This document shows, in pieces, positions 16,378-27,343 of a DNA stretch of 48,513 nucleotides. The number at the start of each line of letters is the position of its first letter. Positions within the stretch are counted from its first letter, which is position 1. The translations under genes were made by a program, and so were the position numbers. The notes beneath the pieces were generated by a model, which was not told the origin of the DNA, ran no database searches, and was given only the letters and a program-made list of their open reading frames with translations. This stretch comes from an uncultured Candidatus Saccharibacteria bacterium (GTDB lineage: Bacteria; Patescibacteriota; Minisyncoccia; Phycocordibacterales; DATGWK01): NCBI GenBank assembly GCA_964356815.1, contig CAYHIR010000005.1:1-48513 (forward strand), read 5' to 3'.

Positions 16378-18183
16378 TCATTGGATTTTATTAGACATCA
16401 ACTGCTCCACCTTATCAACCGCCCATGCACTTCCATTTTTATGTGGATCTCCAAAATATTGTTCCTGGAGATCGAGGAGGGTTTTACGTGGAATTGTATG
16501 AGCATAATGTATTCGAGCAGTTAATTCTTCTGGGTTTTCAGCAAGAAAAATGCGCCGATCCTCTGATTCAGCCATACGATAATAATCTCCCCATTTGTGC
16601 GTATAGATAAAAATTGGAGTCCTGAGCTGAAGCAACGCCTCAAGAACACCGGTACTATGACACCCAACAACGACATCATTACTTTCAATAGCATCCTGCA
16701 TATTTCCTTTAATTATTTTGATATTTTTAGAATTTAGGATGTTCGGTTCATTCACCAAAAGCCAATCTTCAAACCCATCACGAAATGGTCTGAATTTTAT
16801 TGTCAATTCAATATCTGATCGATTCATAAGCTTTTTTAGATATGGCATCACCTCGAGGGGCACGGCGGTCTGCTCGCCGATAAAGAGAACCCTTATCCGA
16901 CCATAATCATGGCGGTTGTCTTCGACTAATTCGATCTGACGAACCAGGGGTCGCATCGGACCAGAGACATGTAATTGTGCTGGTTTGTATGTAAAGCTTT
17001 CTTTAATATAGTGCGCCCGCCACCACTCACTCCATACACCATAAACATCGAGTGAGAGACTTTTTTTGCCATCAAAACCCGTCATGTAATCGTATGGGGT
17101 AGAGTGACGCGAAGCAACACCATGAAGTATTCCCACTGTCGGAATATTGTTCAGTTTACACCCTAATACGGTGTGGAAATTCCTTTCAAGGGCGGCTGTA
17201 AACAAACCGACTCTAATTTCAATGATGCGCAAAATTAATTTCATAATCTGTATTGCCCAAATGTCATCATTTACCCTGATTAAATAACTGGTTACGATCA
17301 TGAGTTTAAACCGCTTTTCTGGAGATGTTTCCGAATCGAATATGTGAGAACCAAATCTTCGCAGAGCCGACCTTCGTCCACCAGTAACTATGCTCAAAAA
17401 TCTCCCCATAGAGGCAACGGCCTCAGAATAAATAACCGGACGCCTTCTTATAAACACATGCTTTAATAGCGTTTTCCAGGACTCCAAACTTCTGATAAAT
17501 TCAACAAAGGAAATATCCCTTCTTCTTAATTCTTCGTAAACGAATTTCATTCTAAAATCATAATCTCGTGATTTTTCTAATTTATCACCAATAAAAACCA
17601 ATAATCGACATTTTTTAAATGCCAAAACAAGCACACTAAGCGCGGTGACAAAAATTTGAATAAAAATTCCAAAAGGAATGTGGGTATTTTTTTTAAATCC
17701 TGATTCATTAAGAATTTTCATTTCCCGCCAATAACCATAGAGGTAACAAGAGAATAAATTTTTGTTTGGTGGTCGATAAAAAGTAACCTTCTGAAACTCT
17801 TTAAGGTATTCGAGCAATCTTTTATACTGAGTGTATGGAAGACAAAAGTGATAAAAAAAATTATTATAATTAATCCACCACAACTCATAACCCTTATAAA
17901 TAAAAGATTTTGAGACAGGGTTGCCATCTGCAAATGATATTTTAGGAAGCTCTTCGAGCATCGCACTGGCTTCGTAGACACTACCTGGATCAATAAATGT
18001 ATCGAGTTCAGCAAAATCATAGCCCAGGGTATGCACATGATTTTTAAACATTTTTGGAGCAACAACTATGGTAAATTTTTGTACAGATAAACTTTTTAGA
18101 CGAGGAAAACTTTCTCCGAAAACGACGAGTGCAGTACCTTTGATCTTTTTGTCACCCTCACTAAATTGATTGGGCATTATCAT
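16378..18183 (-). CDS. Hypothetical protein with C-terminal GT-B-like domain (capsule/glycan transferase-like)
   Basis: 601-aa ORF in the glycan locus; KFRP, DVVVGCHSTGVLEALL and HGV motifs suggest a GT-B C-terminal domain. Confidence 0.5.
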   Translation of the reverse strand: MIMPNQFSEGDKKIKGTALVVFGESFPRLKSLSVQKFTIVVAPKMFKNHVHTLGYDFAELDTFIDPGSVYEASAMLEELPKISFADGNPVSKSFIYKGYELWWINYNNFFYHFCLPYTQYKRLLEYLKEFQKVTFYRPPNKNLFSCYLYGYWREMKILNESGFKKNTHIPFGIFIQIFVTALSVLVLAFKKCRLLVFIGDKLEKSRDYDFRMKFVYEELRRRDISFVEFIRSLESWKTLLKHVFIRRRPVIYSEAVASMGRFLSIVTGGRRSALRRFGSHIFDSETSPEKRFKLMIVTSYLIRVNDDIWAIQIMKLILRIIEIRVGLFTAALERNFHTVLGCKLNNIPTVGILHGVASRHSTPYDYMTGFDGKKSLSLDVYGVWSEWWRAHYIKESFTYKPAQLHVSGPMRPLVRQIELVEDNRHDYGRIRVLFIGEQTAVPLEVMPYLKKLMNRSDIELTIKFRPFRDGFEDWLLVNEPNILNSKNIKIIKGNMQDAIESNDVVVGCHSTGVLEALLQLRTPIFIYTHKWGDYYRMAESEDRRIFLAENPEELTARIHYAHTIPRKTLLDLQEQYFGDPHKNGSAWAVDKVEQLMSNKIQ

Positions 18184-19420
18184 TATTTTTATCCAACAAA
18201 ATTTTATATACCGAGATCAAATATTGAATTTTAGACTTTATATTGAATTCAGCTTCCACTCTTTCTCGACTGGCTTTTCCAAAACTCTCTCTTTTGGACG
18301 GAATACGAAACAGGTCAACGACCCTATTAGTTATTTCACTTGAGTTAAAAGGATTTACCACAAAACCCGTTATATCATTCTCTATAATTTCCGGTGCACC
18401 TCCATAGCATGTGCCGACAACAGGCTTTCCTGACGCCATCGCCTCTAAGACTGTGCGCGGAAAAGAATCGAAACAAATAGATGGCACCAAAACAATATCG
18501 GCGCTTGCGTAAGCAAATTTCATTTCCTCTCTTTTTATCCAACCAGTAAAAATCAAATTGTCACCAATTCCTAATTTTTGTGCTTCTGTCACCATTTTTT
18601 GTGTATGACCATCAAGATTGGCCGTAACTAAAAGCCTAGCATCAGGAAATTCTTTGACAATTTCAACCATTGCAACGAGTACTTTTTGACCACCCTTTGC
18701 CTCGCTTAGCCGACCACCAAACAAAATATTTTTTTTATTTTCTAATTCGTGTTTACTTTTAAAGAGATCCACCGAATCTTGTGACACTGTCCACTCAGAT
18801 AGATCTACCCCTGTATGAGTAATTTCCACATTGACGATACCGTTTTGCTCCAAAGCGTCTTTCAGGGCAACACTAACTGCAAAAAGCCTATCCGCGTAAC
18901 GAAGGTATTTTTTAATAAAAAAATTTCGGAACGGATTCCATCTTTTTTTTGCCTGATTAAGATGATCGAGCCAAGTTGTATGATAATCGAAATTTTCCAA
19001 ATATCGCCTTGTTGTTAATTTTGCAAAATTAAATGCCATGACATCGCGGCCAGTCCACACAACTACCTTGGCATACCTCTTTGCCACTTTTATGGAGTGG
19101 TACGAAAGATAAAAGTGAATGTTGTTGACATGAACCACGTCCGGTCTTATTTTTTTTAACAATTCTTCCACCCGAAGCAGGACCGGCCTGTTGTACAAAC
19201 TCACATACCACCGCCACTTACTCGGATAATCACTCGCGATTTTAAAAACCCTAAGACCATTGTATTCGAACTCTCCAGCTTCTTCTTTTTTTCTGCAAGT
19301 GGTGATGACAAAAACCTCTTGACCGGCTTTTTTCATACCGGCAGCTAAGTCATATGTGGAAATTCCAGCCCCACCAAAACTCTGGGGTGGAAAATCATCT
19401 GAAAGAAATACGATTTTCAT
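18161..19420 (-). CDS. Glycosyltransferase family 4
   Basis: FPPQSFGGA, GGRLSEAKG, PSICFDSFPRTVLEAMASGKPVV. Confidence 0.9.
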   Translation of the reverse strand: MKIVFLSDDFPPQSFGGAGISTYDLAAGMKKAGQEVFVITTCRKKEEAGEFEYNGLRVFKIASDYPSKWRWYVSLYNRPVLLRVEELLKKIRPDVVHVNNIHFYLSYHSIKVAKRYAKVVVWTGRDVMAFNFAKLTTRRYLENFDYHTTWLDHLNQAKKRWNPFRNFFIKKYLRYADRLFAVSVALKDALEQNGIVNVEITHTGVDLSEWTVSQDSVDLFKSKHELENKKNILFGGRLSEAKGGQKVLVAMVEIVKEFPDARLLVTANLDGHTQKMVTEAQKLGIGDNLIFTGWIKREEMKFAYASADIVLVPSICFDSFPRTVLEAMASGKPVVGTCYGGAPEIIENDITGFVVNPFNSSEITNRVVDLFRIPSKRESFGKASRERVEAEFNIKSKIQYLISVYKILLDKNNDNAQSI

Positions 19421-21168
19421 CGAGGAGAATAAATTAGCAGATCACCGAAATCGGCTTTTTTTTCAAGAAATGCATACTGATCCAACTTCCACAAGGGATC
19501 ATTTTTTTTATCCCAAACAATGTATTCAACTTCATATGTCGACAGAGTATTTTGTAACCATACAGAGGTTGGAACCGAGAGAGTGGTTTTGTAAAGATCG
19601 ATAATTTTTTGTATTTCTTCATCCGGGATTGCTTCGTAAGAACCGAGGAGCTCTCGGTAATGTATAACGTACACGCTTGCAGAAATAAATCCACGTTCGG
19701 CAAAAAATACACCATCAGCGTCCTCGCCCACTCCTCTTAAACGATAAAAAGTAAACAAAACATCGAGCAAACGTGACTTGGTGGCAGCAAGAGAGTAACC
19801 GGCAGCTCGATGGTAAAAAAGATTCAATGGAGTGTAAATAGCCGTCAGGTGAGAAATTTCGTCCGTGGCTAAAACCACAGATTCCTTTTCAGCATATTGA
19901 TTCAACCAGTCCATAACGGTGCCATATCTCTGCCTTTCGATTGCAACTTCTCCACCGTCACGAGTGTCATTAAAATATGAAGATACTTGGATAAATACTG
20001 CCGTACCGACACTCGCCGTGATTATCAGAATCGCAAAAATCTTTTTTGTAAAAAGCATTCGACGTTTTGTTAAAAAATAGAAAACTACTATTAGCACAAA
20101 AATTATTCCGATCGGCTTGTGAAAAAACCAATGATAATGAGCCTCTTGGAGAATCTTGCCAGTCAAAATTTGCTGGTTCAATGTGAGAAATGGCGCGAGT
20201 AATAAACTTAAACCAAAAAAATATTTTTCTCTATCTTCTCTTGGAAATCCAGCAAAAAAAACGATCAGTGCAGCAATTACCGCCATTCCCACGAATACTA
20301 AATCATGATTAAAAACAATGCCTGACCGAATACTCGCCTCTTCATATACAGGATGAGATGTAACTCTATATAGATTAATAACATATGGGATTGCAACAAC
20401 TAGAGCACCAACATACACTGCGGCAATCATTCCAACATCTCGCCATTTTTTTTGAATGATAAGCAACAAACCTAGAATAGCCCCGAACGCATATAGATAT
20501 GTCCAAGAATAAAAATAGTTATAGAAATTTAAGCCCAAAAGTACCGCACTTGCGATTCCATATCTCCAGTCTCTGTTTCGATAAAAAATCCAGAAGGTCA
20601 CAAGAAACGCGAAAAGAAAAATATAAATCATGGCTGGATTGACTGGCCTAGCTAATCGCAAAAAACTATCGGGGCTTAATCCGTGAAAAATTCTCAACAG
20701 TCCCGATAAACTTAAGACTGAGTCAGCAAGTAAAAGTACGGCGGCCGCAGAAAGAGCGGTAAGGCGCTCCCGAGAGAGCAGAAAAATAAAAGTGTAGATT
20801 AAAATAAAAGTAACAAAAGGAAGAACAATTCGGGACAATAATATTGTGTCGTTTATATCAAGTGAGAGAGCTTGACCCATATATGCCACAACCATAGATC
20901 CAAGGGGCTGAAAAAGATACGGATTATCTTTTCCATCTTTATAGTAAATACTGCCAAAATTTGGATGACCGTCCTGAACCTCTCTGACACGAGCAGACCA
21001 CGGAGAATCTGGTAGAAGCTCTACACCTCGATATATATCATGGTGATCAGATCGGAAATAAATTTGTGGGAAAATGGTTATTATGGAAACAAGAAACGCA
21101 AAAATGAACGCGATTTTATGTTCTTTTAAAATTTGTCCGAGTTTTAGCATATAAAATATTCTAATCAA
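19417..21168 (-). CDS. Polytopic membrane protein, possible GT-C glycosyltransferase
   Basis: Many TM helices with an early loop and a C-terminal YIVWD-type motif; located in the glycan locus. Confidence 0.55.
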   Translation of the reverse strand: MIRIFYMLKLGQILKEHKIAFIFAFLVSIITIFPQIYFRSDHHDIYRGVELLPDSPWSARVREVQDGHPNFGSIYYKDGKDNPYLFQPLGSMVVAYMGQALSLDINDTILLSRIVLPFVTFILIYTFIFLLSRERLTALSAAAVLLLADSVLSLSGLLRIFHGLSPDSFLRLARPVNPAMIYIFLFAFLVTFWIFYRNRDWRYGIASAVLLGLNFYNYFYSWTYLYAFGAILGLLLIIQKKWRDVGMIAAVYVGALVVAIPYVINLYRVTSHPVYEEASIRSGIVFNHDLVFVGMAVIAALIVFFAGFPREDREKYFFGLSLLLAPFLTLNQQILTGKILQEAHYHWFFHKPIGIIFVLIVVFYFLTKRRMLFTKKIFAILIITASVGTAVFIQVSSYFNDTRDGGEVAIERQRYGTVMDWLNQYAEKESVVLATDEISHLTAIYTPLNLFYHRAAGYSLAATKSRLLDVLFTFYRLRGVGEDADGVFFAERGFISASVYVIHYRELLGSYEAIPDEEIQKIIDLYKTTLSVPTSVWLQNTLSTYEVEYIVWDKKNDPLWKLDQYAFLEKKADFGDLLIYSPR

Positions 21169-22726
21169 AAGAAAACGTCCGCTTTATTGTGTAGGTGTCG
21201 CCGTCTTTTTTTTCATCCCAGACAGGCACCATCTGACACACCGCGAATTCTTGAGCCAAAGCGTATTTTGAGCTTGGAACAGCACTGTAAGCCGATTTTG
21301 CTTCCAACAATATAGCATTTCTTGATTCGGCTCCAATCACAATATCGGTGATAGCCACCACCCGAGAACCATACTCAACATTTCGTTCAAATGCGATACC
21401 TGAGCGATTAGAATAGCTAATCATTTGAGGTCGTAAAAATTTTTTCATACTTCTTTGTAAAAAAGAAAATCTACCGAATAATAACTGCCAAACCTTGAAC
21501 GCAACAGACAAAGCGGTTTTAAGCAACGGTTCTTTAATACACTTTACGAATCCCGAAACATGAAGACTACCAGGCCGGAAAGAAATTTGATTAGCATCAT
21601 CAAGAATTCCTGCAGAAAAATTCCCATGATGAGAAGAAACTTCTACTGCGCTATCGTAATAATTTTTATCTTTTGAATACAACCTCAATGACCCACCTTT
21701 CTTTCCGTTTACAACCAAAAAGTATGATTCATTAACTACCCTCAATATCCCACACTCATTTAAAAATTCTTCTTTATTTACCAAAACAGGGATTTTTTGA
21801 GGAGCAACGATTAGGCCTGTGTAAATCCAATTATACAAAACATAACAAAGATACCGATCGTCGAGGTGAGTTGGAGTTATTGCACCTAGATATGGGAGAG
21901 TTTCTGATGGAATAATGTACTCAGTGTTTCGAGACATATATTCTCCGCCCGCGGTAACATCTGGAGCAATAAATTTTTCTACAAAATATTTTGCTCTCTG
22001 GATTGATTCCGTCAATGGCTCGAAATTTTTTTGTGTAATAGATAGTTTCTGGTATTTTTCAAGATAGCTTATCGTGAGGGTCAAATAACCAATGTCTGGT
22101 CCTCCGTACTCCATCCACCAGCCCTCAGGACTCTGAAGAGACATAAGATGATTTAAAAGCTGCTGAGCAGTTTCAATAAAAAAATCATTATTCCGAAGTT
22201 TGCCAACTGACGCGATTGCAAAAATTGCACCTGATACTTGATTCATAACTGTTTGTTCACTTGCCCTTATCAAAAAAATAGCAGCTCTTTCAAGAACCCC
22301 CAAAATTAACTCTTCTTCTTCTTCGATAACAACTTTATTTTTCCTAAATAAATCAATTGATTCGCTTAAGGCCGCTACGAGAAATGCCGTTGCAACATAG
22401 GAACCTTCATTTATATACCACTCATCAAACGAGCCGTTTCGTCTCTGGAGACCGGCAGTAAAACAGAACGACGCTCGAATGTATTCGAGCAATTTTTTAT
22501 CTTGAAAATAATTATTCCCTTCAACATCACTGCAATACAAAAGGACGAGTGTATAAACAGCCTCTTGATAACGCGCGCAACTTATATCGTTAGTCCGATA
22601 GTGCCAATACGCACGATCAAATGACCCATACGAAACCGAGGATGGATTACGGTTAAGCTGACCGAGCAGTCTCGGAATTTGTTCTAAAGATAATTCAATG
22701 AACTTATTGCTTTTTATTTTTGACAT
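21161..22726 (-). CDS. Hypothetical protein, possible (alpha/alpha)-toroid glycan-modifying enzyme
   Basis: Repeated LQRRNGSFDEWY / LQSPEGWWMEY helical-toroid-like motifs. Start moved to ATG 22726. Confidence 0.5.
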   Translation of the reverse strand: MSKIKSNKFIELSLEQIPRLLGQLNRNPSSVSYGSFDRAYWHYRTNDISCARYQEAVYTLVLLYCSDVEGNNYFQDKKLLEYIRASFCFTAGLQRRNGSFDEWYINEGSYVATAFLVAALSESIDLFRKNKVVIEEEEELILGVLERAAIFLIRASEQTVMNQVSGAIFAIASVGKLRNNDFFIETAQQLLNHLMSLQSPEGWWMEYGGPDIGYLTLTISYLEKYQKLSITQKNFEPLTESIQRAKYFVEKFIAPDVTAGGEYMSRNTEYIIPSETLPYLGAITPTHLDDRYLCYVLYNWIYTGLIVAPQKIPVLVNKEEFLNECGILRVVNESYFLVVNGKKGGSLRLYSKDKNYYDSAVEVSSHHGNFSAGILDDANQISFRPGSLHVSGFVKCIKEPLLKTALSVAFKVWQLLFGRFSFLQRSMKKFLRPQMISYSNRSGIAFERNVEYGSRVVAITDIVIGAESRNAILLEAKSAYSAVPSSKYALAQEFAVCQMVPVWDEKKDGDTYTIKRTFSFD

Positions 22727-24045
22727 CGGATTACAGCTATCGACCCAAGCCAACCAAACCGCTTAAAGCCCTGCAACCGAAGTAGGGCGTCCAAAGTTTT
22801 ACTTATAAAATCTGTCCGCCGCTCACGATGAAGATAGCTTGAGCCCTCACTTGCAACATACTGCAAAAACATTTGGTAAATTTGTTCAAAAAAAACAGGC
22901 AGAATAAAGTAACCTTCCCATCGTATATCCTTAAAACCCTCTGCACGCAACTCACTTACGATAGAAGAGACAGAAATTGGTTTGTATGGACCAAAAAAAT
23001 TAAAAATCCCTGTACGGCGGATATCTTTTCCAAAAAACATTTTTATGCATAAAAAGAAAAGTCCTAAAAAGATATTTTGCTTTCTTGAAATAATCAAAAA
23101 CTCTCCACTAACGACTTTGTAAACCTGTTTCCGAACTGACGCTGGAATTCTTTCAAGTTTAAATACAATGGTACTGGCATTAAAGGCGACCTTCTTTCCA
23201 TCACTATCTGAATCATCATCCAAAACCTTGGAGTTAATTTTTATGTCGAGTAGCTCCGCCGCCGCTTTGGTATATTGCGCAGTTTCTTCGCAAAGATCTA
23301 GGGTTGTTAATTCAGTATTCTCAGGAAATTCCCGTATATATGCACCATCGTAACTTAAAATGTCCTGAACTGGACCATTGTACAAAGCGAGTTCCCTTCG
23401 GACAAGCTCTCTTTCTAAGCCAGACATTATATCCATTTCCTTCCCCATAAAAGTCTTCCGACAATAGAAACGCTGATGGTTTACAAGATCCTGCCGACTC
23501 CATTTTTCGGGGTTGTAAAGGAAAGAGATTGTTCTTGCCGCCATGTAACTACCCCAATGTATAACCTCCCCAACATTTCTGCGTGGCACGGGAATTGTTG
23601 TCTGAGCCTTTTCATCAGCGTATCCTAAAAGCACAAAACAACAAATCGTTTGGCTGTCAGGAATATTGAGAACCTTTTTCACCTTATTATCTCCTCCGTA
23701 ACTATTCATTGGTAGTGATCCAAGACCGTACTCAGTAGCTGCCAATAATATATGCCCGACGGCTAGAGCTCCACCTTGTATAGCCTCTTTATAATTCCAA
23801 CCATCGTAAGAGACAACAACAATCATGGGGACTCGCCGTAAAAGAGTGCTTGATGCTGCTTCCTTTATTAGCCTTTCTTTTGTGGGAGCGTCCTCAACGA
23901 CAGTAAAATTCCAAAGTTGCTGATTGCAATTAGTGGGAGCATGAGTGGCAACTTCAATAATCTTTTCGACAAATTCTCGTGGTACGGGTTTATTCAAAAA
24001 ACTTCGAACACTTTTTCTAGATCGAACTAAATTCAAAAATTCCAT
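22714..24045 (-). CDS. Nitroreductase-family N-terminal domain fused to a methyltransferase-like C-terminal domain
   Basis: RSRKSVRSF, APTNCNQQLWNF and LAATEYGLGS are nitroreductase motifs; the C-terminal half has DILSYDGAY / LTTLDLCE, a degenerate SAM-fold pattern. Confidence 0.7.
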   Translation of the reverse strand: MEFLNLVRSRKSVRSFLNKPVPREFVEKIIEVATHAPTNCNQQLWNFTVVEDAPTKERLIKEAASSTLLRRVPMIVVVSYDGWNYKEAIQGGALAVGHILLAATEYGLGSLPMNSYGGDNKVKKVLNIPDSQTICCFVLLGYADEKAQTTIPVPRRNVGEVIHWGSYMAARTISFLYNPEKWSRQDLVNHQRFYCRKTFMGKEMDIMSGLERELVRRELALYNGPVQDILSYDGAYIREFPENTELTTLDLCEETAQYTKAAAELLDIKINSKVLDDDSDSDGKKVAFNASTIVFKLERIPASVRKQVYKVVSGEFLIISRKQNIFLGLFFLCIKMFFGKDIRRTGIFNFFGPYKPISVSSIVSELRAEGFKDIRWEGYFILPVFFEQIYQMFLQYVASEGSSYLHRERRTDFISKTLDALLRLQGFKRFGWLGSIAVIRCQK

Positions 24046-24974
24046 TATATTTTTTTATCATCTTCTCGAACCATGTATAAATTTCGACCAGTATTCTGTC
24101 TGATCAAAAGTTCGCCTAAAAAACCCGAGGAAAAAAGCTGAATACCAATAATAACCATGAGCACTCCAAGAATAAGGAGGGGGCGATTACCAATTAAAAC
24201 TCCATCAAAAATTTTTATATAAACAAGATACGCCAAAATTACTACTCCAACAAAAGAAAAAAACGTACCAATAATACCAAAAAAATGCATAGGTCGATCT
24301 ATAAATCTCCTGACAAGAAGGAGGGTTATAAAATCAAAGAAACTTTTTGAGATACGCCGAAAATTTCCATACTTTGAGACACCAAATTTCCGATCTCGAT
24401 GATTCACAGAAATTTCGGAGATATTAAAACCCATACTCGTAACGAGTGCCGGGATATAGCGATGCATGTCGCCATAAAGATTGAGTGATCTTGCTACTTC
24501 CGCCCGATAAAGCTTAAACCCACAGTTCATATCATGAATTCGCGTACCTGTAAAAAAACGAGTGAGTCTATTAGCAATTTTTGACACACTACGCTTAGCA
24601 AAACTGTCTACACGGTTTTTTTTCCACCCACAAACAAGATCATAATGACCTTCTTTTATATGATCTAGGAAGCGAGGGATTTCATTTGGATCATCTTGTA
24701 GGTCACCGTCAAGAGTAAAAATATATTCTCCTTTTGCCGCTCGGAAACCTGCTTGCAGTGCTTGAGATTTACCAAAATTTCTTGTTAGAGCAATAAAGCT
24801 TATCGGAGTTAGTTTTCTGAGTTCGGAAACTGTTCCATCAGTCGAGCCATCATCAACGAAAATAATTTCATACGCCACGCCCAAACGCCCAAGTACAGCC
24901 ACAAGTTCTGAGTGAAGAGTAGGCACACTCCCTTTTTCGTTAAAAACAGGTATAACAACAGAAATCATCAGCAT
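24045..24974 (-). CDS. Glycosyltransferase family 2, polyprenol-phosphate type (GtrB/ArnC/DPM1-like)
   Basis: VIPVFNE, VDDGSTDG, RNFGKSQAL, DGDLQDDP, HDMNCGFKLY; two C-terminal TMs. Confidence 0.9.
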   Translation of the reverse strand: MLMISVVIPVFNEKGSVPTLHSELVAVLGRLGVAYEIIFVDDGSTDGTVSELRKLTPISFIALTRNFGKSQALQAGFRAAKGEYIFTLDGDLQDDPNEIPRFLDHIKEGHYDLVCGWKKNRVDSFAKRSVSKIANRLTRFFTGTRIHDMNCGFKLYRAEVARSLNLYGDMHRYIPALVTSMGFNISEISVNHRDRKFGVSKYGNFRRISKSFFDFITLLLVRRFIDRPMHFFGIIGTFFSFVGVVILAYLVYIKIFDGVLIGNRPLLILGVLMVIIGIQLFSSGFLGELLIRQNTGRNLYMVREDDKKI

Positions 24975-24980
24975 ATGATG

Positions 24981-25238
24981 TTACATAATCTTGAAGAAGT
25001 CAAAGAGTACATAGCGAAAAATAAAGGTGCTTCCAATAACAATCACGCTTGAAATTATGGTTGGAATTCCAACGATATCTATAAACAACCAAAGAAGAAA
25101 AATGTTAAACAGAGAGACAAAGACACTTATCCAAAAATAGTGCGCAAATTTTTTATGTATAAACATCCGTCCCACAGAAGTATTTCGTAAACTAGTAAGC
25201 GTGCGTTTGAAGAAGGTGGTCGTGTCAATAGAAATCAT
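24981..25238 (-). CDS. GtrA-family small membrane protein
   Basis: Short hydrophobic ORF, SLFNIFLLWLF pattern, adjacent to the GT2. Confidence 0.6.
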   Translation of the reverse strand: MISIDTTTFFKRTLTSLRNTSVGRMFIHKKFAHYFWISVFVSLFNIFLLWLFIDIVGIPTIISSVIVIGSTFIFRYVLFDFFKIM

Positions 25239-25271
25239 TTTTGATATTTTAATAGAGGTCGGTAGGGTAAA

Positions 25272-26186
25272 CTAGTTTTTATGAGGAGTAGCAACTATAA
25301 TAACATAATCATCTCGCCTTAATACATGCACGGCGTGAGCCAAAATGGTTCTCACGATTGTTCGAACTGAGCCTCGCTTTTCATTATCCTGATTTGTATC
25401 ATTGTTTTGCTCGAAATGATTCGAATCATTTTTATTTTTCTCTTCATTCTTACTAATTTTAAAACCGAGTCGCAAAAGAGAGTTGCTAATAGAAGCTTTC
25501 TGCCAATCAAAAGATCGATACTTAATCACAATTATCTGGTACCCCGACTGGTCTAATAATTTTATTAATGATTTTTTGTTCCAATAAAATAAGTGCTCCG
25601 GGTAAACAAGATGATTTTTGTGGTTTGTTATTCTTTGGATTGGAGCAGTCGAATTTGGTGTTTCCATTACCAAAACGCCATTCTCGGTCAAATTACTCCT
25701 GATAATTTTTAATGTCTCTCGGGGATCAGAGAGGTGTTCGAGAAGATGGAAAAGTGTGGCACCTTTAATTTTTTTTCCATTCACAACCTTTGTGAGGTCA
25801 TTGATTTTACCCTGAAATACATTTAGCCCTCTTTGCTTTGAAATTCTTAAACCATTTTCACCGGGCTCCAAACCTACGCAATTTTTATAACCCCGTTCCT
25901 TAAGAGCAGTCAGAAATGTTCCGTCTCCTGATCCAAGATCATAAATATTGTCAGGCGGTAAAAATTTTCTGAGCGTATCGATTTGATCAAAAGTATTCCT
26001 CTCTCTTTTTTTCTTTTTACTATTTTGATTATCAACCTCTACGGTATCGTAATAATCATCAGGGAGGTCGAACGAAACGCGCCATGCCAAAGAACAATCC
26101 GGACAAATTAAAATCTCCAAGCCGTTCCACACCTCCGGCCTACCTGAGCAATGACATAAAATACATTTACTTGGTGCTAATTTCAT
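25272..26186 (-). CDS. Class I SAM-dependent methyltransferase with N-terminal Cys motifs
   Basis: YDLGSGDG, FHLLEHL, ETPN, HLFYWN; CxxC...CxxC N-terminus. Confidence 0.85.
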   Translation of the reverse strand: MKLAPSKCILCHCSGRPEVWNGLEILICPDCSLAWRVSFDLPDDYYDTVEVDNQNSKKKKRERNTFDQIDTLRKFLPPDNIYDLGSGDGTFLTALKERGYKNCVGLEPGENGLRISKQRGLNVFQGKINDLTKVVNGKKIKGATLFHLLEHLSDPRETLKIIRSNLTENGVLVMETPNSTAPIQRITNHKNHLVYPEHLFYWNKKSLIKLLDQSGYQIIVIKYRSFDWQKASISNSLLRLGFKISKNEEKNKNDSNHFEQNNDTNQDNEKRGSVRTIVRTILAHAVHVLRRDDYVIIVATPHKN

Positions 26187-27327
26187 TTTTTAGCTCTTTT
26201 ACTAAAGAGTCAACTGTCCCAATCACTTGTGCAGCACTTATAGAATTTACTTGTCGTATTGCTTCATCATAATTATACGACTTGGCGTTAAGCACAAAAA
26301 GTTCAGGCTTTCTATCGCCTTGAGGAACAACAACCTTATTTCTAGGCCCTATCGGCGGTTGCTCATTTTCATCAATTGGTCCAGTTATATCTACAGTAGG
26401 AATTCCAAAGGCCTCTGCAATGTAAATTGGACCAGTATCAACTGAAATAAAAAGGTTAATTTTTGATATAAAAGCCTTAAGTTCGTCAACATTAAAATCT
26501 GTAACACTTACACAATTCTTTATTACCTTCAAATGTTCCAGCGTGCGATTTACTTTTTCTCTGTCATTTGGACCGCCTATTATTATTACTTTTGCCTGAT
26601 GTTTTGAAGCCAGATGATCGACGACCTCTGCAAATTTTTCTTCAGGCCATTCTTTTATTTTATTACCCGCTGACGGTGAAATGGCAACGATAAAATCCTT
26701 ACCCACAAGAATCCCCTGATCAACAAAGAATTTTTGCGCTCTCTTCTCTGCCTCCTGAGAAAAAGCTAAGTGTTTTTTGGTATCGACTGAAATGATTCCA
26801 AGAGACCGGAGCGCGCTCAACCTCTCAAGAGGTGCATACTTGCCGATTTCATACGGATAAGTTTTTATAAATCGTTTAAGTATTTTATATGGGCGTGTTT
26901 CTGAGGGTGAAAAGCCTCCTACTACGCTAGGGGCAACAACCAATGGAATGCGTGCAACGTAAAGTAGAACTGTTGCCAAATATGATGGACCGGTAACGAC
27001 AGCAACATCTGCGTGTACTTTTTTTATCCGCAAAAGTGCCCCCTTGCTTTCAAGATCTAGATATTCATCCACAAGTCCACTTTCAGACAAAACTGCGCGT
27101 TGGAGTTTGGTGGCACCGCCCACAATTATTCGAGTACGAGGAAGATTTTTTCTTATAGCGAGAAGAACCGGGGTTCCACAAACGATATCCCCCAGCTTTC
27201 CAGTTAACACAACGACAATTGTTGATTTTTTTTTTGGTTTTTTATCTGATCTTCCTTGAGTTAGATAAACAAAAACAGATACAAACAAAAGAACAAAGCG
27301 GCTTAGTCTTTTATGGAAGTTATTCAT
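26167..27327 (-). CDS. Glycosyltransferase family 9 (heptosyltransferase-like)
   Basis: GKLGDIV, PSAGNKIKEWP, FISVDTGPIYIAEAFGIPTV. Confidence 0.85.
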   Translation of the reverse strand: MNNFHKRLSRFVLLFVSVFVYLTQGRSDKKPKKKSTIVVVLTGKLGDIVCGTPVLLAIRKNLPRTRIIVGGATKLQRAVLSESGLVDEYLDLESKGALLRIKKVHADVAVVTGPSYLATVLLYVARIPLVVAPSVVGGFSPSETRPYKILKRFIKTYPYEIGKYAPLERLSALRSLGIISVDTKKHLAFSQEAEKRAQKFFVDQGILVGKDFIVAISPSAGNKIKEWPEEKFAEVVDHLASKHQAKVIIIGGPNDREKVNRTLEHLKVIKNCVSVTDFNVDELKAFISKINLFISVDTGPIYIAEAFGIPTVDITGPIDENEQPPIGPRNKVVVPQGDRKPELFVLNAKSYNYDEAIRQVNSISAAQVIGTVDSLVKELKNEISTK

Positions 27328-27343
27328 ATGGTGTGTTCAGTGA

